From positions 1 through 30,374 of IMG/VR virus record IMGVR_UViG_3300033232_000072: a DNA stretch of 30,374 nt, one strand, 5' to 3'. Origin of the DNA: a virus. Lineage: Duplodnaviria > Caudoviricetes. The notes beneath the pieces are model-generated. The model was not told where the DNA came from. It did no database searches and saw only the letters and a program-made list of their open reading frames with translations. Positions 8,357 through 15,873 of this stretch are shown piece by piece (the first letter of the stretch is position 1; each line of letters starts with the position of its first letter). Position numbers and translations under genes: made by a program.

Positions 8357-9029
8357 CAGTATCGGAAGCCTCATCAGCCTTTTCAGGGGCCTCTTCAGTC
8401 CTGTAGCCGTCCTTCTTGGCGAACCCATACGAATCCGCCGTGCCACCGTTGCCGGAACTCAGCTTGACCACCTGCACAGCAGCCAGGCGCAGCGAGGCCC
8501 CTGCCAGGTTCGTGCCGGGGATGTAGTAGGAGTTGATGGAGCCGGCCACCTGGACCACGCTGCCGCCCCACACCTGGACACTCGGAGCCAGCGGGGAGCC
8601 GCCTGCGTCGAACAGCTTGGGAGCCTGCTTGATGGTGTTGCCTTCCTTGTCCTTGCGGGTGGCCTTCATCTTGAAGGTGAGGATGACGTTGCCGGTTTCG
8701 TTGCCGTCTTCGTCGTACTCGGGGCGCGCAGGGATGTCCTGCATACCGATTTCAGCCAGGGCCTTCTTCGCCTTGGCTTTCTTCTCGCCCTTCTCGTTCT
8801 CCACCTTCGCGGCCAGCTCGGCCTTGGCATCTGCCAGTGCCTTCTCGGCTGCCTTGGTCAGCTTGTCGATGATCGGCTGGGCCTGTTCGGCGGTCAGCAG
8901 GATGCCCGTGGAGTAGTCGCCATCAGCATTGAACTTGGTGTCCGGTTTGTTCAGCCAGGGGAAGCGGGCGGTGCCTTCCTCGGTCATTACTTTTTCCAGC
9001 GGGGGGCGCTTCTTGGTGTCGGTAGCCAT
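8337..9029 (-). CDS. gp2.5: Single-stranded DNA-binding protein (T7 gp2.5-like)
   Basis: FPWLNKPDTKF, GASLRLAAVQVV, acidic tail ending in Phe (DTDDDLDF); RBS AAGGACCCC. Confidence 0.93.
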   Translation of the reverse strand: MATDTKKRPPLEKVMTEEGTARFPWLNKPDTKFNADGDYSTGILLTAEQAQPIIDKLTKAAEKALADAKAELAAKVENEKGEKKAKAKKALAEIGMQDIPARPEYDEDGNETGNVILTFKMKATRKDKEGNTIKQAPKLFDAGGSPLAPSVQVWGGSVVQVAGSINSYYIPGTNLAGASLRLAAVQVVKLSSGNGGTADSYGFAKKDGYRTEEAPEKADEASDTDDDLDF

Positions 9030-9030
9030 A

Positions 9031-9180
9031 TCAGTAGGGGTCCTTGATGTTCTTGAGTTCGAGGGTCTCAACGTCGAGGCCCTCCTGTGCCATGCGTGCG
9101 AAGAGGTCCAGCGGCAGGTGCTTGCCTTGGACCCAGTAGTCCTGTGCCTGGTCCATCAGGCGCTCTTGGGCGGCGGTCAC
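9031..9180 (-). CDS. Small hypothetical protein (49 aa, ...W.QGKHLPLDLFARMAQEGLDVETLE)
   Basis: Translated by hand; GTGA overlap with the upstream gene; fills the gap before SSB. Confidence 0.6.
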   Translation of the reverse strand: MTAAQERLMDQAQDYWVQGKHLPLDLFARMAQEGLDVETLELKNIKDPY

Positions 9181-9443
9181 TTCACAATCTCCTGTTTCAC
9201 ATATTCACGAAGGGCCTTGATGGAGGCCCGGAAGGCCACGTCATCGTCAGCAACAATGCGGCCGGCTTGGTTCAGTAGGGCGGGTATGTCACAGCCGGCG
9301 GTCTCAGCCACCTCTTTGAAGAGGACAGCGATGGCCGCCACCTGGACACCCGGATGGGCGTGCTGGACAGCCGAGAGGGCCGCATAGGCGGTCTCTACGG
9401 TATGCCGCGGGGGCACGAAGGGGATGAAGTCCTGGACTCTCAT
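9177..9443 (-). CDS. Hypothetical protein (88 aa)
   Basis: Coupled by overlaps to both neighbours in the ligase-SSB interval. Confidence 0.7.
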   Translation of the reverse strand: MRVQDFIPFVPPRHTVETAYAALSAVQHAHPGVQVAAIAVLFKEVAETAGCDIPALLNQAGRIVADDDVAFRASIKALREYVKQEIVK

Positions 9444-9667
9444 CAGCGTCCCGAGCGCCAGGCGTTTATGTGCTGCTGTGCCCTGTCCTCGTGGTGGCGC
9501 TCTACGGCGTGGTCGATGAGGACCTCCAGCGGCGGCCCGTAGCGGTGGGTTTCGCCAACGCTGGTCTCGCTGCGGTGGAGGTCGCCGTCTTCCCTGCTGG
9601 TGACCCGGATGATGTGGTTGGGGGAGTGGGGGGTGCGGCGGATTTCTACGGTGGTGTTGCTGTTCAC
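9443..9667 (-). CDS. Hypothetical protein (74 aa)
   Basis: GTG start with RBS AAAGGACCCC, downstream of the promoter copy at 9739. Confidence 0.65.
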   Translation of the reverse strand: MNSNTTVEIRRTPHSPNHIIRVTSREDGDLHRSETSVGETHRYGPPLEVLIDHAVERHHEDRAQQHINAWRSGR

Positions 9668-9738
9668 TGAGGGGTCCTTTCGGGTGGTGGGGAGAAGCGG
9701 ATCGCCAGCATGGCGGCCCAGGTTTCAGGGGACATAGA

Positions 9739-9765
9739 GTTTTCCTTTGCTAAAGCCGGGGTATG
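9739..9765 (-). promoter_or_regulatory. Putative phage RNA polymerase promoter, copy 2 (CATACCCCGGCTTTAGCAAAGGAAAAC)
   Basis: 27-bp exact match to 10700-10726; directly after the ligase stop. Confidence 0.75.
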
Positions 9766-9766
9766 C

Positions 9767-10660
9767 TCAGAGGTCGAAGGCGTTGCGGAGACCCAGGTAG
9801 GTCGGGTGCCGCGGGAGGTCCTTCACGCCCACCGGGAAGAACTTGTATTTCACGAGGCGGTTGACGAAGAGGTTCCCCGACTGGCGCCGCTCCCAAAACC
9901 ACGCGCGCTCCTCTGCGGAGAACCCAGTTCCAATGTGGAATTTCTTGCCGGTGTGGATGTCCTGCACGTAGAGAGCCCCCATCGTTCCTGCGGGGACCAA
10001 GTTCTCCTGGTGGGTGGACCGCTTGGTCCTGCCCAGCTCACTGACGGTGGCCTCGTTCTCGTTGTGCATCCGCTCGACCACACCGAGGACCCGAGCTTCC
10101 GAGTCCTGGAACCGCTTGACCTTCAGCAGGTAGCCTTCCTTGGCGGACGAGCGGCCGTACTTGTAGGGGGCTTCAGGGGCACGCACCATGACGCCTTCGT
10201 AGCCGCGCTTCAGGCACTCCTCTTCGACCAGCTCAAGACCCTTGAGGGACTCCACCTGGAACTCGGAGACCAGCTCCACGAATGGGTGGCGGCAGGAGCG
10301 GTCAGCCAGCTCCATGCGGCGGGAGGTGTAGGGCGTGGGCATGTGCATGTCGTGCATATCGAAGGCGAAGAAGCGCACGAAGGGCATCCCGTCACGCCTC
10401 CGCACTGCCCCACTGGTGACATGGAAGACATCCTCGGCAGTCGGGGAGCCTACGATCAGCTCACCATCGAAGCCCTCCAGCTCGGGGCGCCCGAAGAGTC
10501 TCTGAACGTACTCGTTAGGGATGGGCTTCAGGCTGCGTGAGAGGACCACACCGTCTTTCACCAAAGCACGAACCCCGTCGAGCTTGGGGCTGACGAGGCA
10601 GGGGAAGGTGAGCTTGTTGAGGTCTGCTGGGGAGGCCAGCATGGGTTTGAATGCGGTCAT
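9767..10660 (-). CDS. gp1.3: ATP-dependent DNA ligase
   Basis: KPMLA, motif I SPKLDGVR, FDGEL, FAFD, YEGVMVR, LLKVK, IGTGF, PRHP; start at MTAFKPMLA after AGGA. Confidence 0.96.
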   Translation of the reverse strand: MTAFKPMLASPADLNKLTFPCLVSPKLDGVRALVKDGVVLSRSLKPIPNEYVQRLFGRPELEGFDGELIVGSPTAEDVFHVTSGAVRRRDGMPFVRFFAFDMHDMHMPTPYTSRRMELADRSCRHPFVELVSEFQVESLKGLELVEEECLKRGYEGVMVRAPEAPYKYGRSSAKEGYLLKVKRFQDSEARVLGVVERMHNENEATVSELGRTKRSTHQENLVPAGTMGALYVQDIHTGKKFHIGTGFSAEERAWFWERRQSGNLFVNRLVKYKFFPVGVKDLPRHPTYLGLRNAFDL

Positions 10661-10699
10661 TGGTGTGGTCCTGTAGTGGGGGTCTGAAGGGGGTCCTGC

Positions 10700-10726
10700 G
10701 TTTTCCTTTGCTAAAGCCGGGGTATG
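10700..10726 (-). promoter_or_regulatory. Putative phage RNA polymerase promoter, copy 1
   Basis: 27-bp exact match to 9739-9765; 40 bp upstream of the ligase ATG (T7 phi1.3 position). Confidence 0.75.
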
Positions 10727-10746
10727 ACCCCCTCTTACCCCCAGGA

Positions 10747-10992
10747 CTAGACACGCCCCCACTGTGCCACCTTCGCCTGTATTGCCTTGATGTCTTCCAG
10801 GGTGCCTGAGCGGCTACCCCTGCCATCCGGCATGAACCTGCACGAGATGCACTCGCCGAACAACAAAATGCTGGCGTGCTGCTCCGTATTCTCGTCCCAC
10901 TGCAACCGGCAACACGGGCACTGTGCTACCTGCGGCCCAACCCGGCAGTCGAGCGGAGGCTCGGTAGTGGCTTTCTCTCGTTGTTCAGTCAT
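10747..10992 (-). CDS. Cys-rich hypothetical protein with N-terminal EPPLDC motif
   Basis: 81 aa with CPCC and CISC; start overlaps the upstream gene's end. Confidence 0.6.
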   Translation of the reverse strand: MTEQREKATTEPPLDCRVGPQVAQCPCCRLQWDENTEQHASILLFGECISCRFMPDGRGSRSGTLEDIKAIQAKVAQWGRV

Positions 10993-11203
10993 CTACCAAC
11001 TCAAAACGCCCGTCTTCCATTTCTGTTTGCGGCCTGATCCAGAACTTATTATCCGGCCCGTACAACTTTTCTTTGTAGGCGTAGGCCGGCACGTTGCCCG
11101 CTTCAATCCTGCAAGTGTTCGGTGTCTGCACCACAATGTATTCAGTTCCGTTTCGGTGCCGGACTACGGCCGATTCCCAAAATAGGCAGTCGAGCGGAGG
11201 CTC
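10944..11203. repeat. 19-bp direct repeat GGCAGTCGAGCGGAGGCTC at 10944-10962 and 11185-11203
   Basis: Exact copies near the 5' ends of two adjacent, otherwise unrelated ORFs; both encode EPPLDC. Confidence 0.9.
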
Positions 11204-11230
11204 TGCGCCGGCCATTGATTCAATCTTCAT
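10985..11230 (-). CDS. DUF1653-like small protein with N-terminal EPPLDC motif
   Basis: RBS AAGGAG before the ATG at 11230; VRHRNG.EY.V...E....AY....WIRP..EM..GRF pattern. Confidence 0.6.
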   Translation of the reverse strand: MKIESMAGAEPPLDCLFWESAVVRHRNGTEYIVVQTPNTCRIEAGNVPAYAYKEKLYGPDNKFWIRPQTEMEDGRFELVDD

Positions 11231-11252
11231 TCTATTCTCCTTGTTAGGGGCG

Positions 11253-11336
11253 TCACCCCCACTGTGCCACCATTGCATTGGCAATGCCCAGGTAAGTGCG
11301 GCTCCGGTCCTTCCAGCGCTCGGCGCTCGGCGCCGG
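11253..11336 (-). pseudogene. 3' remnant of a phage DNA cytosine methyltransferase-like gene
   Basis: Reads PAPSAERWKDRSRTYLGIANAMVAQWG*, the characteristic C-terminus of a common phage methyltransferase-annotated family (PS.DRWK.RS.TY.GIA.AMA.QWG); no matching 5' part. Confidence 0.75.
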
Positions 11337-11338
11337 TC

Positions 11339-11773
11339 TCAACCTAGCGCGGACTGTATGCCGAAGGCGAGTGGCGCTGCGCCCTGGCCTTGGGGGCTGG
11401 GCAGGGGGGTGCTGCGGCGCGAGCCTTCGTGTTTGACGTATCCTGGCTGATATGTTGTGAGTGTATCGGTGTCGTGCATGCTATCGCCCCGCCGCCGGTT
11501 GGCGACGTTCATGGCTTGTACCGCGGTAGGGTTCATCGGCATCTTCGGCTGCGTCGTTTCGACCAGCGGACGAAACCCGATCTCGCCGCCGGTGTCGCGG
11601 CCTTCGACTTCCTTTGCGGTGCGCATGATACCCAGTCGCGCGGCCACCGAGCGGACAGGCTCGCGCAGCTTGCGGGCGATCTGCGTCGCCGTGACCCACT
11701 TGTCTTTGGGCATGGAGTCGAGGATGCGTTGCCGGCCGAGCCGGGCGCGTTCGGAGGGCTTAGAGGTAGCCAC
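11339..11773 (-). CDS. Putative winged-HTH DNA-binding protein
   Basis: ILDSM...WVTATQIARKLREPVRSVAARLGIM HTH-like pattern. Confidence 0.6.
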   Translation of the reverse strand: MATSKPSERARLGRQRILDSMPKDKWVTATQIARKLREPVRSVAARLGIMRTAKEVEGRDTGGEIGFRPLVETTQPKMPMNPTAVQAMNVANRRRGDSMHDTDTLTTYQPGYVKHEGSRRSTPLPSPQGQGAAPLAFGIQSALG

Positions 11774-11776
11774 GAG

Positions 11777-12010
11777 TCAGGCTTGCGCCGCGTTGCTGTT
11801 CAGCCAGACCAGCAGGCCGGCCTTGTCAGTCGGGACGTCGACGGCCTCGATCGTCGCGTCGCTTTTGCGGCCAACGAGCTGGCCGGACTTGAACAACTCG
11901 ACGCGGCGGCTGACGGCTTCGCTTTCGCTGCCGAACCACGCAGTGCGTGACGCCGGGTCGGTGTCGAGTTCTCTGGCGATGCAGATGTAGGTCAGTTTTT
12001 GAAAGCGCAT
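11777..12010 (-). CDS. Hypothetical protein (77 aa)
   Basis: RBS AAGGAAAC; ends IEAVDVPTDKAGLLVWLN. Confidence 0.7.
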   Translation of the reverse strand: MRFQKLTYICIARELDTDPASRTAWFGSESEAVSRRVELFKSGQLVGRKSDATIEAVDVPTDKAGLLVWLNSNAAQA

Positions 12011-12342
12011 GTTGTTTCCTTCTTGGGTGAATGTTGATTTCTTGAGCGACCTTTTGCACGGCGGTCACGGTTGTTGTCGCCTATCGTTCCTACAAATAGG
12101 TGCGCCGGGTTAATACACTTCGGATTGTCGCAACGATGTAGGACGCAATAATCTACGGGGATGTCTCCGCCTGCGGCTACCCACGAAATGACGTGGGCAC
12201 CTTTGCGAACGCCGTTAATCTTGACGACGCCATACCCGCGATCGTTCAGTTGCCCGATCCATTCGACGCATCCAGTGGCACGCTCTACAGACAAGTCTAA
12301 GAGCCGTTGTATTATGGGTTTCCGGTAACCAGTGCGGGGCAT
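11992..12342 (-). CDS. HNH homing endonuclease (HNH_3 type)
   Basis: GCVEW.G...RGYG...AHVISW...VLHRCDNPKCINPAHLFVGT..DN.RD...KGR; more AT-rich than its neighbours. Confidence 0.9.
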   Translation of the reverse strand: MPRTGYRKPIIQRLLDLSVERATGCVEWIGQLNDRGYGVVKINGVRKGAHVISWVAAGGDIPVDYCVLHRCDNPKCINPAHLFVGTIGDNNRDRRAKGRSRNQHSPKKETTCAFKN

Positions 12343-12343
12343 G

Positions 12344-13036
12344 CTATACACCCGCCTTGCAGTGACCCGTACCACCTAACTCAACAGGTTTGTAAGCGCA
12401 ATAACGACAGCTGTAGGCGTTGGCCGTGGGCGGGAACGTCGTTGCCTGTGTCATCTTCTTGGCTCGGTTGTCGAAGCCCTTGAGGCAGCGTAGCCCGGTG
12501 GTACGACTGACTTCGTACGAGGCGAGCTCGTTCTGGTCGAAGTACCACAGCTCTGCGGTGACGCGTTCGAGCGCGGGATTCTTGAGCAGCGTGGCCATCG
12601 CGTAGAGCTGGGTCTGCTCGCCGTGTTTGATCTCGTTGCCGAAGCGCTTGCCGGTTTTGTAGTCGACTACGCAGGCGTGCTTGGGGGTGAGATAGACGAC
12701 CGCGTCCGCCTTCATGCGGAACCAGCCGCCTTTCCATTCGGTTTCCATCCAGTCCTTGTCGAACGCCCACTCACCTTCCAGGCTCGCGTTGCCGGCGTCG
12801 AAGTGACGTTTCAGAGAGTCGAGCTCGTCCTTGAAGTGCTTGGTCGCTTCCCTGGGTGCTTCGCCCTCCCCGCGAACAAACAGCTCTGTGCGGTTGTGGA
12901 CGTCAGTACCGCGGTCTGCGGCGGTTGCCGGGCGCGGATCGGGAACGCGCTCGACGTGCTTGAAGTAGGCCTTGAGCCGGCAGGACTCGAAGTCGAGCAG
13001 GCGGGAGTAGCTGGCGGAGGTGATTGTTTTTTGCAT
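12344..13036 (-). CDS. PD-(D/E)XK nuclease, RecB/Cas4-like with four Cys
   Basis: SYSRL..FESC, RGT.VH, KAD, VVDYKTG, Q.QLYA, C-terminal CRYC...C. Confidence 0.9.
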   Translation of the reverse strand: MQKTITSASYSRLLDFESCRLKAYFKHVERVPDPRPATAADRGTDVHNRTELFVRGEGEAPREATKHFKDELDSLKRHFDAGNASLEGEWAFDKDWMETEWKGGWFRMKADAVVYLTPKHACVVDYKTGKRFGNEIKHGEQTQLYAMATLLKNPALERVTAELWYFDQNELASYEVSRTTGLRCLKGFDNRAKKMTQATTFPPTANAYSCRYCAYKPVELGGTGHCKAGV

Positions 13037-13044
13037 GGTGCGAG

Positions 13045-13073
13045 ACTCTATCAGAGTGTGTCAGAAACTACAA
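13045..13073 (-). promoter_or_regulatory. Sigma70-like promoter TTGTAG-17-TAGAGT with TCTGA-N5-TCTGA spacer box
   Basis: Spacer TTTCTGACACACTCTGA; ATG of the nuclease 8 nt after the -10. Confidence 0.65.
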
Positions 13074-13262
13074 CGAAATGTGTTCGATTTCTTTACGCGC
13101 TTCGCGCAGTCGAGCGAGGGCGTTGTCCCAGGCAGTAAGCAGACGATTCATTTCGGTGTTCTCGGCATGGGTCATAGGAACGCGCCCCGCCCACATGGCG
13201 AGGTGGTTGCCGAGGATCACGAGTTCGCGCAGGGCGTGGTCGGTTCTTCGTTCTGCAGGCAT
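13068..13262 (-). CDS. Hypothetical protein (64 aa, MPAERRTDHAL...)
   Basis: RBS AAGGAG; 3' part of the tracked ORF 13068..13460. Confidence 0.6.
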   Translation of the reverse strand: MPAERRTDHALRELVILGNHLAMWAGRVPMTHAENTEMNRLLTAWDNALARLREARKEIEHISL

Positions 13263-13369
13263 GAGGGTCTCCTTGTTCTGCCCATCCAGGTGATGAGTAA
13301 TATGAGGGCGAGCAGCCCATACGAGAGTGCGAACCAGGCGGCGAGAGTGTAGGGGATTGCGTGGAACAT
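13217..13369 (-). CDS. Small single-pass membrane protein (50 aa)
   Basis: Translated by hand: MFHAIPYTLAAWFALSYGLLALILLITWMGRTRR...; RBS AGGAG. Confidence 0.55.
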   Translation of the reverse strand: MFHAIPYTLAAWFALSYGLLALILLITWMGRTRRPSCLQNEEPTTPCANS

Positions 13370-13378
13370 GGTTGACTC

Positions 13379-15781
13379 CTATTTCACTGATTTCAATTTG
13401 ACCGGTTTGCTCGGGAACACATGCTCGATGTGTTCCAGATCGTCGGCGCTGACTTTCCATTCGACTTCCAGGCCGCGCGGCGTTTCGCCGTCGACCCGTA
13501 GCACCTTGGTCGTGATGCCGTGGTGCCGCAGGAACGCGGTGAACTTGTGGGCGCCTTCCGGTACCTTGCCCACGCAGTGAGTGAACAGCACGGCCAGCTC
13601 GTCGCGGGTGATCTTGCTGATGCGTTGGTAGCTTCCTCGGGGGATCAGGCTATGCGCTTTGCTCTCCGCAGGGCGCGCGTCCTGGCAGAAGCGCTTGACG
13701 ATGCTGGTGTAGGCTGCCGAGATCGGATTCACCACGCCCATGCTGTCCATGAGGTGCGTGTCGGGCAGGGCTTCAAGCAAGCCGCTCAGATTCCCTTCGA
13801 GCAGGTCGCCGGCGAGCTGATCGATGCTGGTGATGCCGAGGCGCTGGATCGCGGTGCGCTCTTCGGTCTGCAGGATGTCGTGAGCAGCCTTGGCGCTGAC
13901 CTTGTAGTGCTGCAGGAAGTGTGCAAACGCGGCCAGCTCACCGGGCATGGCCTTCAGCTCTGCTTCGGTGGGGAAGAAGCGGGTGGACTGGAAGCTGCCG
14001 ATGTTGTAGCGGCGATCGCCCATCGGTACATGGACCGGCTGGGGCTTGTTCGAGCTGAAGATAAAGCCGGTGAAGTTCGCCACCATGTAGGGGTCGGTTC
14101 GCATCCGGCGGATGGTGACCGACAGCTCGGTGATGTAGTTGCGCAGGTCGCTCTCGGCGCCTTTCGTGTTCGTGAACATGTCTGCCTCGATCTCGTCGAC
14201 GAAGACGATGAGACTGGTTTCGAGGTAGCTGTTGAACTTCTCGTTGAGCTCGGTCGCGCGCATCTGATGCACGTAGCCGTGGCCGAAGACGGGCGAGATC
14301 ACCTTGCTCAGCAGCATGCCTTTGCCGGTGCCGAACGTCCCGTGCAGCACCCAGGCGGTGAGCGGCTTCTCGCGGCGCTGGAAGATGTACGCCAGCCAGT
14401 TGAGGAAGTGGGCCTGGATGTCGCCCGTTCCGACTGCGCTGTCGAGTAGGCGCTGGATGCTGGGGAAGGCGCCTTTTTTCTGGTTCGCCGCCTTCATGTA
14501 GTGGCTGGGCTGGAAGCGGTTGAGGATGTGTTCGACCTCGTCGACCACGAGCGGATTGGCCGGGTCGAAGATCGTTTGCCACTCAGGGACGAACTCGCCG
14601 AGCTGTCGGCCGTGCCCCAGCAGAAAGTCCTGCAGCTGGTCGCGGCTCTTTACCTTGTGGACATCCAGGACCTGAGTCGTTTCATTCCACGTTCCTTTGT
14701 AATAGTCCGCGGTGACCTTATCACGGTAGGCCAGGAGAAGGGTCTGTCCGTCCGCGAGGGGTGTCGCGTCCTGGTTACTTCGTTCCCGAACAAGGTCAGC
14801 GTAATACTGCGGAAGAATTTCTTTAAGAAGAACACTGGGCTCACCTTTGAAGTTGTGCAGGTACGTGGGGTCGTCCTTGCGGTGGTAGTAGGCACGGCTG
14901 TCACCGCCGTTCAGGTCGACGCGGTTGTATTCCCCGCAGTCGATGATGTTGTACTGGGCGATCTCGCCGACGCCGGTCTGCACTTCGTACTCGCCGACCA
15001 TCTTGGTCTTTGCCTTTGTCGGCGTGATGCCGGCGGTGACCTGGAGCTGGTTGAGGATGGCGCGTTGCTCTTTCTTCAACGCGTCCATTGGTTTTAGCGC
15101 GATGCGCTCGACCGGGATCGCGTCGAGCTCGCGCTTGATCAGCTGAATGCGTTCGTCGCTCGATACCGGGGACTGCATGCCGATGAAAGCGGGCTCTGCC
15201 ACATAGATCAGCTTGTCGTTCTGGCAGCAGGTGATGTCGAGCGGCCAGTGCAGGGCGACCTGGCTATTAGATAGTGTCAGAGAGTTTTTTAGCACCTCGG
15301 TCGTGAGGTTGAGGTGCATCAGCCAGGCCTTGAGTTCCGGCGCCGGGCGCGGCTCACTCAGCAGGCAGAAGATGTGGCAGGACAGGGTCTTGTCCTTCTT
15401 GTCGATCTTGTAACTGCTGCTGTACTGCACCACGTAGCTGATGTCGCCGAGACCGACTGACTTCATGTATTCGTCGGGGTTGTTGAATGGCGCGCGGTCG
15501 AGGTCTTTGACGGCCCAGGCGGTGGCTGTGTTGGTTTTGGTGCTGTGCTTGCGCGACTCGTTGTCGAGCGCCCCGGCCAGCGTACCCTTAAGCAGGCAGG
15601 GTTTGGCTTTGTGCTGGCTGGCTGCCTTGATGACCTTGAACAGCTTGGCGATGCAGTCGACTTCCTCGGTCGCGCTGGTGAACTTGCTGACCAGCGGGTA
15701 TGCGTCCTTGGTGATGACGCCATCTTTGAGCGTGATGGTCTTGGTGAGCGGCACAGACGCCGACAGGAAGGTAAGAAGCAT
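13379..15781 (-). CDS. Primase(-polymerase)/SF3 helicase fusion (AEP-like N-terminus, DUF5906/NrS-1-like helicase)
   Basis: KDLD (DxD) and SSS..SCHIF motifs; Walker A HGTFGTGKG, Walker B IVFVDE, motif C FIFSSN, DRRY. Confidence 0.88.
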   Translation of the reverse strand: MLLTFLSASVPLTKTITLKDGVITKDAYPLVSKFTSATEEVDCIAKLFKVIKAASQHKAKPCLLKGTLAGALDNESRKHSTKTNTATAWAVKDLDRAPFNNPDEYMKSVGLGDISYVVQYSSSYKIDKKDKTLSCHIFCLLSEPRPAPELKAWLMHLNLTTEVLKNSLTLSNSQVALHWPLDITCCQNDKLIYVAEPAFIGMQSPVSSDERIQLIKRELDAIPVERIALKPMDALKKEQRAILNQLQVTAGITPTKAKTKMVGEYEVQTGVGEIAQYNIIDCGEYNRVDLNGGDSRAYYHRKDDPTYLHNFKGEPSVLLKEILPQYYADLVRERSNQDATPLADGQTLLLAYRDKVTADYYKGTWNETTQVLDVHKVKSRDQLQDFLLGHGRQLGEFVPEWQTIFDPANPLVVDEVEHILNRFQPSHYMKAANQKKGAFPSIQRLLDSAVGTGDIQAHFLNWLAYIFQRREKPLTAWVLHGTFGTGKGMLLSKVISPVFGHGYVHQMRATELNEKFNSYLETSLIVFVDEIEADMFTNTKGAESDLRNYITELSVTIRRMRTDPYMVANFTGFIFSSNKPQPVHVPMGDRRYNIGSFQSTRFFPTEAELKAMPGELAAFAHFLQHYKVSAKAAHDILQTEERTAIQRLGITSIDQLAGDLLEGNLSGLLEALPDTHLMDSMGVVNPISAAYTSIVKRFCQDARPAESKAHSLIPRGSYQRISKITRDELAVLFTHCVGKVPEGAHKFTAFLRHHGITTKVLRVDGETPRGLEVEWKVSADDLEHIEHVFPSKPVKLKSVK

Positions 15782-15819
15782 CGTGTGCGCCTCGGTAAGG
15801 GTCGATCAGAGAGTGACAG

Positions 15820-15848
15820 AGTGTACGCCCGGGGCGGGCGATGGGCAA
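15820..15848 (-). promoter_or_regulatory. Sigma70-like promoter TTGCCC-17-TACACT for the primase-helicase
   Basis: Exact 17-bp spacer; a TCTGT-N5-TCTGA box overlaps the -10/+1 region (15806-15822). Confidence 0.65.
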
Positions 15849-15873
15849 AGTTGTATTTATGAGACAGTGTTGT

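Larger units (their letters stand above)
10756..11271. repeat. 16-bp direct repeat CCCCCACTGTGCCACC at 10756-10771 and 11256-11271
   Basis: Exact copies 500 bp apart that bracket the two EPPLDC genes. Confidence 0.9.

Noticed and set aside
4791-9680. Recurring AAAGGA(A/C)CC motif as an operator
   Set aside because: Each copy sits just upstream of a start codon, so it is the Shine-Dalgarno context.
10661-10762. N-terminal extension of the ligase in the ORF track
   Set aside because: It runs through the promoter repeat; the ATG at 10660 has an RBS and matches where ligase homology begins.
11281-11303. attC-like arm in GCAATGCCCAGGTAAGTGCGGC
   Set aside because: Fully explained as coding sequence of the methyltransferase remnant (SRTYLGIA).
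12344-13036. cas4 of a CRISPR-Cas locus
   Set aside because: No cas1, cas2 or array; stand-alone Cas4-like nucleases are common in phage replication modules.
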